Numbered from the stretch's first letter, positions 38,480 to 52,111 are shown. The stretch is 64,000 nt of DNA from Vitrella brassicaformis CCMP3155 (GCA_001179505.1 CDMY01000316.1:60561-124560), one strand, 5' to 3'. The notes: generated by a model not told the origin, from the letters alone. Program-made: numbers and translations.

Positions 38480-39389
38480 GCGTCGCCACCGGACAGCTTC
38501 AACGCTGCAGAGAGAAAGAAGATGCGGAATGACCCTGTTTCTTTCTTCTGTTCGCATGTGCGTTGGCCCTGCTGACCTTCCATTCGAGAGGGATGGTCAG
38601 CAACGGAATGGTCATCGAGGGCCGGGACCTCCGCGATGAGCTGATTCCAATTGGCTGATTCGTTTGCGAGATCTGGTCACGTGAATAACGAAGCAACACA
38701 AGACAGCAACAACAAAGTCCCCAACACACACACGGGAGGAGCGCTTTCCCAACACACAGGTTTGGTTTTTTTCTCTCCGGAATCTGAGCTCGCAGACGGA
38801 GGGAGGGGAAAAGGGAAGAAAGAGGAATGAGAGCAGTGACGTCGAGACGACCGGTCAGCGACGAGCCTCAGGGCCAGCCCGGTAAGAGCATCACGCAACA
38901 CATGAGAGTGACTGCTTCGTCTGTACATCTGCAGATCTGCATGTGCACGTGCACGGGTGTGTGGCATTGCATGTTTGTAGGCTATTGCCCTGATAGCTCG
39001 ACTGGGCCCGGCTGGAAACCAACATCCTCATAGAGTGGTGCAGGCATTTTGGCCTTCGAGTACGCGTCTGTCCATGCATGCCCTGAATGATGAGTGACTC
39101 TTTGCGTGCGTGTCCTGTGTGCACGCAGGAAGAAGATATGGTTCAGGGGCTGGAATCTGTCCGCCGCTTCGTTCTGTACAACGACACACTTTCGGGCAGG
39201 AGCTGACGAGGAAAGGGGTACCTTCAAATTGCGAAAGCGATGACCTCAGCGGTGCATGCATGGCTCAAGGCGCTCAGACGTCGCTTGGGCTGCGAGCGCC
39301 GTGACGGCATCCGCAGAGGTAGATGCACCGCCACAAGACTACTGGCTGACGTAATGAATGTGACGGGCCGCTGTGTGTTCGCTCTTGGT

Positions 39390-42275
39390 CAATCAAGGTG
39401 GAGCGGTGGTACGTGGGGAGCAGGAGCATAGCCCTCCGAGGGCGGACCTTCAGGAAGCACTCGATAGCATCGAATCGGTGAGTGATGCCATCGACCGAAA
39501 TGCAAATATCCGCCTTTGCATGACTCACGTGTGTGTGTGAGTGTGTGTGTGTGTGTGGCTTGTGTGTCAGGGTGTCGCTAGAGCAGGGCAGGCGAAGCAG
39601 ATCATTGCAGACGCCATCCGTGCAGAGGTCAGCAGCGAGATGACAGTCCAGAAAAGCTCAGCTAGGCATGCGAGTGTTTCTGTCTGTGTCACCTGCAGGA
39701 CGTATTGTTGCCGGCTGACCGCCTGTCGGTGCTGCAGGGCCATGTCAGGGACGCCCAGACATCACTCAATACCGCTGTAGATCAGCTGGCCACACTGCCA
39801 CACACAGACACTCGTCTCACACAGGTAGGGTGGGGATGCGATGCATGGGATCTATAGCTGGCCAGTCAATCGACCTACCAACAGAGCATCTCTGGTTGTG
39901 TTGTGTGTCTGTCTGTGTCAGCCTTCTGATGGTGACGGCAAGACATTCCGGTGCATCCATTACGCGAGTAGCGTTACAGTGAGCTCAGATGGGATCTCCA
40001 CACCGGCACACCAGACGACAGGAGCCGCCCGCGCGTTGACCAGTTCACGGTGGCTGGCCTGCCTGCCCTTTTGTCGCAAGCGGGCACGTGTGGCGAAGAG
40101 CCCGTCCGCTGCTGCCAATGGAATTGGTACGCAGAACAGACGCACGAGACGATCGTGATGGTGGTGTTCTGTGTATGGTGTGGTGCAGGTCTTTTCGTGG
40201 GTGCAGCTGGCGTTGTTGAGGAGAGTGATAGTGCCCAGTCAAACGTGCGTGACGCGACGCACACGAGAAGTGACCATACCGATTGCGTACTTCTGCCATT
40301 CCCTCGTCGTTGGGTGTCAGGATTACGGCCGTCCCTGTCTGGCTGGGCTTCCCCCGGGCGTCATGGTCACATGGGGTCTTTCCTGGCCACCAGACGCGCC
40401 GCCCGTCTGACCCGTGTCAACCAGGAGACCCGCCAGAAGGCCACCGACAGGACATTCGGCGTCTTCAGGCACTTTGCGATGACGGACGACGAGTGCGGGA
40501 CCTACGGCAAGATCCAGAAACTGCATCAAGTCAAGCACCTGGTGAGTGGCGGGGAGACGGTGGGGATGCTGTATGTATTAGTCTGCTGTGTGTGTGGCTG
40601 CAGGGCATGATCCAGACGGCCTATGTGCAGTTCTCCAGTGTGGTGCCGTCTGTGGCCGAGTGGCTCGAGGCGTCAAGGGCGACACTCACGCGCCTGCATG
40701 TTGCCTCAGGGCACTACGACAATTGCTACACCACCGGCGACGACCGGGGGCCAGGTCTGCCTCTGGTCTTCCCGAGGCTGACATTCATGAGGATCGAACC
40801 AATCGAGGGAAAGTGGCTGCACCACATGAGGTGGGTAAGGTGAGACGGGTCACCAGATGTCACCATTTCAGCTGTGTTGTGTGTGTCCCACAGCGCACGT
40901 CGGTGGAGGTTTTCCGCCCTGAGGACTCTTCAAGTCAGTGGCGACTCCTGCGGCTCAATTGGAGACGATGAGCATAATGCAAAGAAACAGGAAGCCCTTG
41001 TGAGAGTGCTTGAGGCGTCACCCAGCATCGAGGAGCTGCAGTGCGACAGAGGCAGCCGCCCATACATCTGTGATGAAGGCACGGCGTTTGGCGACGCCCA
41101 GTGGGCCGACTTCATTGCCGCCCTCGGCCGCTGCCCGCACATCAGGACCATCGACGGCCTGGTGATCAGCATGGACGGCCAGCTGGGCCGCCTGGCTGAT
41201 CTCAAGAACGGCCTCAGCCAACACTGGGGCAAACCAGAGACCAGAGGTAAAGGCGCCACACACACACACACACACACGCACAAGGGGTCCCGCAATTGTC
41301 CAACCGGTTGATTGCTGTGCAGGTGCGCGCAAGCAGCTGAGATTCCTGGTACGTCGTCCATCGATCGGTCCCGAATTCGGGCGGCAGGGGGTGGATATCG
41401 GCCAGTGGGCGGCGGAGGTCAATTGTGAGGTCACGTGGGCGCCAGCCGGCGTCTTGGGGAGGGAGCTGACCATCGACTGTGGCAGTGATGCTGGGAGGGC
41501 CCACCCCGCCCCCGTCCCTGGCAGCATGTACGGCCAGATGGCGACACAGCTGGCGGCCAAGGCCACTACCGTCCGTTTGAAGCTCGGTGGGACAGCGCTG
41601 CATTCCTCTTGGCGTGGCAAGCTCATCTTGCCCAAAGCCACCGACCTCACCATTGAGATCACCGAGGGTGCTAGCGCCTCAGACGTGATGAATAGCATTC
41701 CCGACTGGCTGATCGACACAGAGGGGGACGATCCAGCGGAGGGATGGGCGAGCCCATTCTCGTCTGTCGATGACGTAGACTTGCATTTTGGCACCACTCT
41801 GTCTGTAGCTGACCTGCCTGCTGCCCCCAGCAAGCTCAGCCTTCTCATGGGGGGCCTGACCGACTTAGAGCTGGTGACTTTCATTTCTGTGTCCAGCCTG
41901 GCCACTGCCTGTGAGCTGCTGTCTTACCTGTCTGTGCGGGAGCTGACGGAATGTCGCATCGCGGCGGATGATGTGTCAAGTGAGTGGACTGACGTCGTGC
42001 CGGCTGCGTGGGGCCTCCGGTGCCCACACATAGAGGAAATAAGGGGTTACACGCTGCCTAGCAAAAATCACGCGCTGTCGTTTGTGGAGGCTGTCGACAC
42101 ACTCCGACCAGCCAAAGTGTCCTTTGTGCTGGGGTGGGGTGGGGTCATGCATGACCTCCGTGACTTTGCGTGTGAGTGCTATGAGCAGTTGAGCGAAGAC
42201 TACACCATCACAAAGGTGGACTCAGATTGGGACGAAAATCTGCCGTCTCTCGATGTAGAGCTGGAGGCGAAATGA
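39390..42275 (+). CDS. F-box-like/LRR-like lineage-expanded family protein with an apparent 1-nt frameshift (possible pseudogene)
   Basis: Exons ADLQEALDSIES-GVARAGQAKQIIADAIRAE..., then CLAGLPPGVM/HMGSFLATRRAARL (F-box-like, broken by a frame change at about 40366), FRHFAMTD, VLEASPSIEELQCD, ALGRCPHIRTIDGL, and a long terminal exon ending DVELEAK*. The 5' end is uncertain. Confidence 0.65.
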
Positions 42276-43176
42276 ATAATGAGACAAGCAGGCAGAGAGA
42301 GGCAGGGGAGTCTGTCTGTCTGTGGAGTGAGTGACGGATGTTAGTTATGCGTAGAGTAGCGGGCGGAATGTGGGATGATGGGGAGTAGACAGCGTTTATT
42401 CGATGATAATCAATCGGTGTGGACGGACTGACTGCAGCTGACCAGGTGAAAGGAATTGAAGTGTGTGTGTGTATCGGCTCAAACGCCAGATGAGAAAGGC
42501 ACGCAATCGTGATGATTCAGAAACTTAGGAAACACAAGACATACAAAGCAAGTGTCACTCAACCATTCACTGATCGATGTCCATGAAGATGCACACACAC
42601 ACACAGCAAGCCAGTGTCACGAGCAAACACAAGAGAGAGTGTGTCGAGTAGCGCATTACCTAGGGAGGCCATCAGCACACAAGACACGCCACTCACGGCA
42701 CCCCTTCCCTCACTGTCTCATTCTTCGTGGAGCAGAGGAAAGGGGCGCACACACACACACACCCAAACACACACAGAGAGGAAGAGACATACGCACACAC
42801 ACCCACACCCACCCACCCACCCACACACGCACGAGACATATCATCATCGTCGCAGAGAGAGAGAGAGTGTGTGTGCATCGCCGAGCCAGATGGAGGCGTG
42901 GACGGATGCCTGCATCGGTGCCAACAAAAGGTGTCGAGCATGTGGCACGGATCCATCCATCCGTCCGTCCGTCCGTCCATCCGTCCATATGGAGGTGAGT
43001 GAGGGTATTGATCGATTGGTCGCCTTCTACGCAGCAGCAAGTGAGTGAGTAGATAGGAAGCAGACAGCGACAAAATGTGGCTGGGTCGATGTGGTGATGC
43101 ATGTGGTGGCTCTGCAGCGTCTCTCTACCTTCCTCGACGTAGTAGGGTAGACGGCACGCCCCTCTCCCTCTCCCCC

Positions 43177-43476
43177 NNNNNNNNNNNNNNNNNNNNNNNN
43201 NNNNNNNNNNNNNNNNNNNNNNNNNNNNNNNNNNNNNNNNNNNNNNNNNNNNNNNNNNNNNNNNNNNNNNNNNNNNNNNNNNNNNNNNNNNNNNNNNNNN
43301 NNNNNNNNNNNNNNNNNNNNNNNNNNNNNNNNNNNNNNNNNNNNNNNNNNNNNNNNNNNNNNNNNNNNNNNNNNNNNNNNNNNNNNNNNNNNNNNNNNNN
43401 NNNNNNNNNNNNNNNNNNNNNNNNNNNNNNNNNNNNNNNNNNNNNNNNNNNNNNNNNNNNNNNNNNNNNNNNNNNN
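43177..43476. other. Assembly gap (300 N)
   Basis: Run of N flanked by C-rich sequence. Confidence 1.
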
Positions 43477-45168
43477 CCCCCATCCCTCCCTCCCTCCCTC
43501 CCTCAAGGCAGTGTTATCCCTCACAAATATCGTACTCGTCTGTAGATGTGTGGGAGCATGGTCACAGACAGACACGCAGCCAGCCAGCCAGCCAGCCAGA
43601 CAGGCAGGCTGTGACGAGAAGGATGAAACATCAAAGTGTAAAGTCACCGACGGACACAGACACGTGCACACCCATACAGAGTTTTGAAAAGGGGCAGCCA
43701 GGATGCATGCATCGATGGCTGTGCCGTGGACGAATCGCCTAGTGAGGACGTCGGTGTGTGCGCGTGGGAAGAGTAGGTATGTACCGCCCCACTGCAGACA
43801 CACACATTACATTCACTGGTTTAGTTCCGTATGGACCTACCTCTCCCCCCCCCACACACACAAGGCCATTACATAGCACTGTCAACGAATGCGACTTGTT
43901 CCATCGCCTGCCAGCAAGCAGCAGTGCCTTCTAGAAAATCGGCGCATCGTCGTGCTGGCTGCTGGGTGATGCGCTCGAGGGAAGCGGCATCAATCGTTGC
44001 CTCGGCGGCCGGTGTGGTGTGGCGCACCACCTGAGTTATCAACCACACCAGCGACCCACCCATGCGACCAAGAGAGGAGCCCAGCCCCCTCAGAATTGTC
44101 CACACTAGCTCCGGTCCACTCGCTCACTCTCATACACAGCAGCGTAGTCACGTGTGTTGCAATGATATGTGGCATCCCATATCCCATATACCGCTCATAC
44201 TCACGCACGCACTGACATTGACATTGACATAGACACTCATTGCAGCCAACGGGCGGACTATCCCGCCGGCCGGCCCACACCCCATCAGACAGACAGACAG
44301 ACAGCGAGACAGCGAGACAGACAGACAGACAGACAGGCAGACAGACAAGTGTGTGCACATGGAGCACATGACCGACGACAAACGACGGCTCGACATAGAC
44401 AGAGAGACAGACAGTGATGAAGTGAGTGAGTGTGTGGACGGATGAGGTGAGTGAGTGGTGGATGAGTGAGTGAGTGAGTGACTGAGTGCATGGGGCAAAA
44501 ATGGCGTGTCAGTCAGTATGCATGCACCGACGTACGTATGTACTCACACGTGTCATACACACACACACACATGTTGGCAGAAAGAGGAGATGGATGGATG
44601 GATGCATGGATGGATGGATGGATGCTTCAGGCTTCCCCCACAAACCCGACGACCCCATCAAGGACATAGACTGGTGGCAGGCAGGCAGGCAGACATAGAA
44701 GACAGACTGTCTCTCTCCCGCGACCGACTGAACGAGGCAAAACGACAAAATGACGTTCCACGACGCACACGGGCAACACGCGACGACAAGTTCTTCCGTT
44801 CGACTGACCGACCGAGCGACAAATGATCTCTCCTTAAAATCATAATACAGGGAGACAGAGACGAGAGAAGGGAGAAGAGAGAGAGGATGATGGCGTCAAT
44901 AGTGCCATCCTCTGCTCCATGCATTAGTATGCATTCAGCCAATTTGCAGCCACAAAAGGACGGGACCCGATGCCTCGTTTGGCAGACGCCAACACACCCA
45001 CACCCACACGCACACACACGTACAGACGGGAAAAGATGGAAAAAGAAATACGACGCGGCAACACCCACATACCCAGACACATATAGGCATCCACCCAACC
45101 ATCCATCCGTCGGCCCATGAATGCACACACGCGACAAAATCCACGCCATCCGACCGTCCCTCCCTCTC

Positions 45169-48158
45169 TCAGAAGTCGTTCTGAGTGTTCCAATTGTCCC
45201 CGATGTTGGGCGGGTCCCACAGGTTGGGCGGACCCGCACCCTCCCCCAGCTGCATCGGCAAGGGAGACAGCGACATCTCGTCACCCCACCTGACACAACC
45301 GCACACAGACAAACAAACACATATCCATCCATCCATCCGTCCTCCGTGCATTTGTGGTGTGGTGTGTCATGTCACTCACCCGGCCCCTCTGGGCCCCTGC
45401 GGGTCTTCCCCCTCGTGGAGCGGGTCAGCCAGGAAGTCGCCATACTGGTTGCTGGGGAAGTGAGGCCCAAACACAGGGGGCGGCCCGCCGCCGTTGTCCC
45501 CATCCCCATCCCCGTCCCCGTCTGCCCACTCGTTGGCCCCCCCACCGGGATGGATGGAGTAGTCCATCGGCTCAGAAGAAGACTGATGCGCCGAGCCCCT
45601 CTGACCAATCGGGTCGAATGGCGGGTCCGTCGCCTGCTGCTGGGAGGGTGCATGTGGCGCATCGGACGGTGTTGGACCGTCGCCCCCCTGCCCCTGTCCG
45701 TGCATGGCCATGGCCGTCTCGAGCAGCTGCTTCATGTGGGGGCTGCTGAGCAAAGCCTGCAGGCCCCCCATCTCGCCCTCCCCACCCCCACCGCCCGGAA
45801 AAAGCTGCTGGCGGAATGTGCCCGGGGGAGCGCTGTTGATCATGTCGACGACCGACCGCATCATGGATGTGGCGTCGTGCTCGCCTCCTGGTGGTGATGG
45901 TGGGCCGGAGAGATTTGATAGCGACGGGGGAACGTCCATTGGGTGGGAGGAGGAAGGGTCGCTCGAGGCGTCCTGACAAGACAGAGGGCTCAATAAGGGC
46001 GGTGGTCTGGATGGTGTGGGGTCATTGTGTGCACCTTTCGTTTGATGTTTTGTAGTTCGTTGTAGAGTATGCAGACCATTCTTTGGAGGCTCTTGATCTT
46101 GTCCTCGGGCGCCTCACGACCGACACTGCCCTCAACCACACCCACACCAACACCCACACCAGCAGCCGGCTGCTGTCACACACACAGACACACACAGAGG
46201 GAGAGAGCACTCACCTTTGGAGTGAAGCGAGACATTTCTCTTTATCCACACACTCACGCACTCACCGGCGGTACGCCGAATGGCTGCCCTCCTCCCTCGG
46301 CTGGTCTTCCCCCGACCCCACCGACACCGCCGCCCACACCAGCAGTCCACCATCCGCCGCCCCTCCCGCCCCCACTAGGCGTCACCGGTGCACTCATGCA
46401 CTCAGCCGGGCCCACACTGCTCAGCGGCGGCAGACTCTGGGGCAGCATCGGGTTCATCAGCGGCACGCCGCTCGATGATGCCGACGATGAGTGAGCCGGG
46501 GTCGCCTTGCGTGCCGCTGCCGTTGGCTGGCGAGAGGTGGAGGGGGACGGTGGGGGGTGCTTGGGGCTGTCGGTGAGGTTGAGGGTCACTGGGGGCGATG
46601 GCGAGGAAGCGACGAAGGCAGGTCTACCATAGAAGCCGTCTCGGCCACAGGGGGGGGTCTCGGGCGGCGTGAGGATCGGCGTGGTGCTGGGGGGCGTGGC
46701 GGTGCTGAGACTGAGGGAGTCTGCGTGTGTGGGGGGCGTGTGCAGGTGCGACGGCTGGGAGAACGACCCCTTCTGGTTGACGTTGATGGCGTAGCCGGGC
46801 ATGTTGACGATGGGCGCGGGAATGATGTGGTGGGCGGAGAGGGCCGATGAAGGCTCCGATGAGTTTGTTCCATGAGGGTCCAGCAGCCACTTGAGCTGAC
46901 ATCACCAACACACACGCATCCACGTTCATGGAAAACAGTGCTCCCTCCCTCCCTCCCTCCCTCGCTCTGCTGGTTACCGATTCGGCGATTCGGTCGAATA
47001 GTCCGAATGCCTGCAGCAGGCCCGGCAGCCACCTCGTCGCACACGCGCGGAACTCCTCGGGGCTCTTGAAACTGTCCAAATCCTGATACACACACACACA
47101 ACACGCACACAGAGAATGCATACACCCTTCCGAGGCTTGCTCTCCTTCCCTCCCTCCCTCCCGTTGGCAGACCCTTTGTGAGAGGAGCGCCTTGAGGTGG
47201 TCTGTCGTGGATGGGTCGGGGGATATCTTCAGAGCCTGACAAGGGATGGATTGACCAATGGATTGACCGATGGATGGATGGATGACAGACAGATGCGCAT
47301 CGTGGGATGTGTGAGTGTTTATGAGCGGACGGACCCTTAGTCTGTGAAATATGAGGTTGAGTCGGCTGAGCAGCTGGAACTTCTGCAGGCCGTCCTTCTT
47401 GGTGCCGCCGTAGAAATGAAAGCACAACTGCATCATCATGATGACGACCATAGACAGACAGACACACACACACACACAGTGTTCAATGAGTACGGCCAGA
47501 CACGCGCCCTCCTGTGCTGTGCTGTGTCTGGCTGACCTCTGCTCGTTCGCTCGACAGATTGTCTGACTGGAGGAGCAGCTTGAGCTTCCGCAGGAACGAG
47601 CTGGACGTCAGCCGATACTCATTCTCACAAAAGACGTCGTAAAACATCTACAACCAACAACACGCACACACAGAAATGCTCTCATGCTGTCTATGTCTGT
47701 CTGTCTGTCTGTCGTCCGTCGTACGTTTGCCGTCATGGTCGAGAATAGCGGATGCGCCGCTCCCCGTCTGGATGGCGTAAAGGGGTTGTTGTTGCCGTGT
47801 GCGGCCTCGGTCTCGAGCACCGAGTTGATCTGCACCCACTCCTCCCTGTTGCATGATATCACCCCCCGGCCGCCCAGCAGCGGCGGCCGGTACTGACTCG
47901 GCTCCCGCTCATACTGCGCTATCTCGCGCGGAGTCAGATCTAAACAGACAGACAGACAGACAGACGTGGGAGCGTTGTGTGTGCGTGTTCCAGGGTGTGC
48001 TATGCGCTTACTCTTGTGCGCGAACTTGACAAAAAATTGCTGATGAGTTCACACAACACACCAGGCAGCACCGATTATGGATCAGCTGAATGATACCGGT
48101 ATCTCTCTCTGCCTGGTCTGCTTACCGTCAGCTGCTCGTTGGACGACTTGAATGCCAT
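45169..48158 (-). CDS. Hypothetical protein with a degenerate EF-hand (calcineurin B/NCS-like) region, coiled coil and Pro/Gly-rich tail
   Basis: Model starts MAFKSSNEQLT-QFFVKFAHK. Core exons: MFYDVFCENEYRLTSSSFLRKLKLLL, LCFHFYGGTKKDGLQKFQLLSRLNLIF, DLDSFKSPEEFRACA. Coiled coil KIKSLQRMVCILYNELQNIKRK; ends WNTQNDF*. Confidence 0.6.
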
Positions 48159-48497
48159 CCCGGAAGGTCAGTCAGCTCGCGTCTGAGTGTACTGGGCAGC
48201 GGTGGCTGCCTGCGGTGGCTGCCACAGCGCCGCTTCCTGCGGCGGCGGGATGCTCTCGCGCCCTCTCCCTGTCAGCGGTGATCTCCCAGATCTTGCTGAT
48301 TCGCGGATGACGAAAAAGAAAAGGCCAAATCTTGACAGCCAGCTGCGCGCACAGAGATCCTTGATGCCGCTTTGCCTCCTGCCTCAGCCTGGACGTCCTG
48401 ACCCCTTCCCCCTTTTGCGAGCTTAGCTCGCGACCCCCGACCTTCATTCTCCATTTTGTATCACTCGGTCGGTTTCTCCTTCCCTCCTCGTCACGCA

Positions 48498-49954
48498 ATG
48501 ATGGCGCCGGACGCAGAGGCTCCCCCTGAGGGTGCTGCCGCGGCGGCTGCGGGAGGAGGCAGCAGGGAGCCCCTGCAGGCCTCCTACGACACCACATACG
48601 GAACAGGTGATTGATCATGATTGGACTGCCTGCACACGTTAGTGCCGTCACTATGCAGTGTGCCATTGCAGTGTATTGCCATTTGCACTGTCGGTGTGTT
48701 GGTGCACTGACTGCAGTGGCTCAGCCTCCTTTGATGCCGGTGGTTATCAACATCCGGGAGTGGAGCGGGCAGTGGTCCGATGGCCTGTTCAGGTAAGTCG
48801 ACACGCACGGATAAATCAGGTCGACGTCTCGTCTGGTGTGTCTGCGCCTCTGTCTCTCCTGCTGCTGCAGCTGTCTTCGCCACCCCATGAGCTGTCTGCT
48901 CGGGACCTTCTGCTGCTTTTGGTTTCTCAAAGCCGTCACTCTCGAGAAGACGCGACATCTCAAGCTCATCCTTGGTACTAAGAAGAAAGCCATGATGACG
49001 ATGAATGCTGCTGGCGGTCCGCATTTCTGTTGTCGTGTCGTGTCAGGCGTGGCCTTCTTCGGGCTGCTGTTCTTCCTCCCCTTCTGCTTCGACGTCATCA
49101 TGTGAGCAGAGGAAAAGGTCGAGCCGACCCCATGCTATGCTGCTCATGCCATGCCATGCCATCCATCTGCATGGGCTGCATGTGTTGCAGGGTCGGTCTG
49201 ATCCTAGACCTCGGCCCCTTTGTGCGAGTAGTCCAAACGAGCCAGCCAAACCCCTACGTCCCCCCTGTGGTCAAGTCCACCGTCCCAGCCACTACAAACG
49301 GTACCCTCCCAGCAACCCCCCCCCCCTCCCCCCATCCCCGGCAGTCCCTCAAGGTGCCCATCATCGAGAGCAATCCTGACACACAGGGACAGGAGCCAGG
49401 CCCGCTCAAGCCGGAGACGCCGTCCAAAATGGGGGCGATATCGCCTTCGTTCATCGGAGTGGCCTGGGGGACGAGCGGTGGCCCCGATGTATCTCGCGAG
49501 GAGACGTATGTGGAGGTGAATTGGCGGTGGGGGGTGGGGTGGCTGTGGGTGGTGCTGGTGATCTGCATGAACGCCCTGGGGGTTATCTCGCTCTTGGCCT
49601 ACTGGTGGTACCGGAAGGAGATCCGGGCGCTGTTCCACATCGCCTCCACCGACTCGTGTGACGACATCTGCGTCGTGGCCATGTGCCTCCCATGCTCAGT
49701 GTGCCAGGAGTACAGACACGTCCTGCGAGCATGCGGTGAGTACAGGCACACGCGCGGCGCTGTCTGCATTCCCTGTCTGTCTGGTTGGTGCAGGTGACCT
49801 GAAGGACATGTCGCCCATCAACCCAGATCTGCTTCCCGCCCGGCCGGTTGTGGTGCCGCCGGACTACTCACCGGCTCGGCAGGGGCGGCCGTCCGCATCG
49901 CGGAGGCAGCAGCAAGAGGGAGGGGGAGGCGACGCACGTGCAGCCATGCATTGA
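48498..49954 (+). CDS. PLAC8 (Cys-rich) family membrane protein with an internal insertion
   Basis: QWSDGLF-CCCSCLRHPMSCLLGTFCC, and later YRKEIRALFHIASTDSCDDICVVAMCLPCSVCQEYRH. Confidence 0.85.
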
Positions 49955-50397
49955 TGATCGGACGGATGAATGGATGGTTGGATGGATGGATGGATCGATG
50001 AGGAGAGAGGTGTTGTGTGATGATGACAGACAGACAGACACGCACAAGAGGCGGTTGGTTAGTGGCTGGCTGGGCGTGAGAATGTAAAGACAGGGCGGAT
50101 GGATGGATGGATGGATAAGCTGATGGACTGACTGATGGATGCGTGAGGACTCCACTCACTCACTCCGTGGATGCATATTACCCACCCATACGATCAACAT
50201 TCATCATCATCAACACACGTTTGTGTGTCTCAATCACTCTCCCTAAGAAGCCATGCCATGCACCTTCGTCCATCCATTCGTCCATCCATCCATCCACCTA
50301 CTAGCCGGTGCGGTGCGGGGCGGTGCGGTCCAGCCAATACAACACACACACGCACCCCTCACCCCTTGTCATGTCATGCATCCACCCTTTTGGCTCA

Positions 50398-50491
50398 TCA
50401 ACGAAATGTCGACAGCCCCGACCACGTCGGGCGATACTGCTGCGGGCCGGGGCTGTACTCACGCGTCACCGGATCCTATGTTATCAGACCA

Positions 50492-50526
<35 letters not shown>

Positions 50527-52111
50527 GGACGTGGCCTTCACTCGACAACTAGGCGTCTCACCTTCTTTCGATATCTGCCCGACTTGGGCATCGCACCCCC
50601 CACAACCGACTCTGCATGCATGGGAAAGGGAAATGGGAGATGGAGGGAGAGGGACTCTCACCAACTCGTTCGACCCTACTCGTTTTGGACGAGATGCTGG
50701 ACCGCCCCTCGTATTTGCCAACGCCTTAAAATACCCACAAACACACACACACACACACACACAGATGCATGGTGCGGTGCGTATGGGATGAAAAGACGAA
50801 TGCGAGACGTCCGTCACTGGCTGACCAGGTCCGCCCGATGGGTCGATTTCCTCCAGAAAGAAGGCCATCGTGTTGCGCTTCTCGTAAGGAATGAACACCG
50901 TTTGAGGTTTGTAGTCCCACGGCTGCATTATCGACACAACAGTCGCACATAGTTTCGTTTCTGTCCCCGTGCGCGCGCCCATGTCTCCCCTGTCTGTCCA
51001 CTCACTCGTTTGCCCGGCCTGGCGTATGTGGCCGGCCCTGGTGTGGGGACAAGAGGATGGACGGGGGGGTCCAGCCGCCCCCGTGACGTCGCAAACGATC
51101 CCCGCAACGAGTCAGATGTCTTGGGCAGTCCGAACTCACTCGCCTGCACTCCATACACACACAGAATGAGAGCCATGTGGGTATTCTTGATCCTCTCTCG
51201 TGTGCTGTGCCACCGACCGACCGCGTCATTCTGCATGGAAACGAGCCTCGACAGCCGCGCAGTGGTCGGAGTGACCATCAAGCTGTGCTGACCATACGGG
51301 GGAAAGCCCCCTGCCGTCACCGGCAGGCTCACCGACATATGCCCATGCCCATGCCCACCCACTCCCACCCCTACTCCAGTGCGAGACACGCGCCTGTTGA
51401 TGCGAGGCGAGTCGGGACACGCGAAAGAAGAGCCCTCGACGCTGGCATTGGCCGATGTGAGCTGAGAGTGTGCGGCTGCGGCGTCCCTGAGAAGTTTGGG
51501 GCCGGCCGACGAGGAGCGGCGCGTCTTGTGGAGGGGGGCAGGCAGCGCTATGGACGGAACAAAGGGGGGCGGCCCCGGGTGGTGGTGGGAGGTGAGGTGG
51601 TTGTGCAGCCTGTCGAACTTCAACGACGGCACTGCTTTCAGTGCGCGACTCCCCCCTGCAATCAAATCATGTAATGAGACAGAATGCGAGGTGTCTCAGT
51701 GCAGCTGAGTGCAGACAGACGACCTGTTTGTTGTCTTGGGGTGAGGACGGCAGGTCTGGGGCTGTTGGTGCGCTCGTTGCGCAAGAAGCGGCGGATGTGC
51801 TCACGGATGACCGTGAGATGCTCCTCGTGCGTGATGCCAAGGATGTTTGCCAGAGCTTCCCTGTCCATCGTGACAAGCGTCTGCCCGTCCAGGCCAGCTG
51901 CCTGCAATCAATACACAAGAGACGATCCATTCACAGAGTGGGACAGCCCGCCCTAGCTGTCGCCGCTCTCCCTGACCCTGATTCTGTCGGCATATCCGCT
52001 CGGAAGATGCAGGTCGTTGAGCCATGCGGCCAGATCCTCCGCACACCAATGGCGCATCCCTCTGTCGTCCTTTGCCAAGGCGCTGCAGGCACTCCTTGCA
52101 AGAGAGCCCAT
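50398..52111 (-). CDS. SAM-domain protein with C-terminal PGP(x)xY (STPG/SHIPPO-like) repeats
   Basis: HWCAEDLAAWLNDLHLPSGYADRIR-AAGLDGQTLVTMDREALANILGI (SAM). Repeats TPGPATY, GVGKYE and SPGPQQYRPT. Confidence 0.8.

Noticed and set aside
41018-41905. 295-aa minus-strand ORF
   Set aside because: Antisense to the F-box-like terminal exons.
42710-43803. ORFs spanning the N run (and similar ones at 52317-53075)
   Set aside because: Artefacts of ambiguous bases in the assembly gaps.
43869-44110. Non-repetitive island with a possible minus-strand exon (VDNSEG/VDNSGG)
   Set aside because: No start codon, no partner exons and no motif; it is next to a gap, so it cannot be supported.
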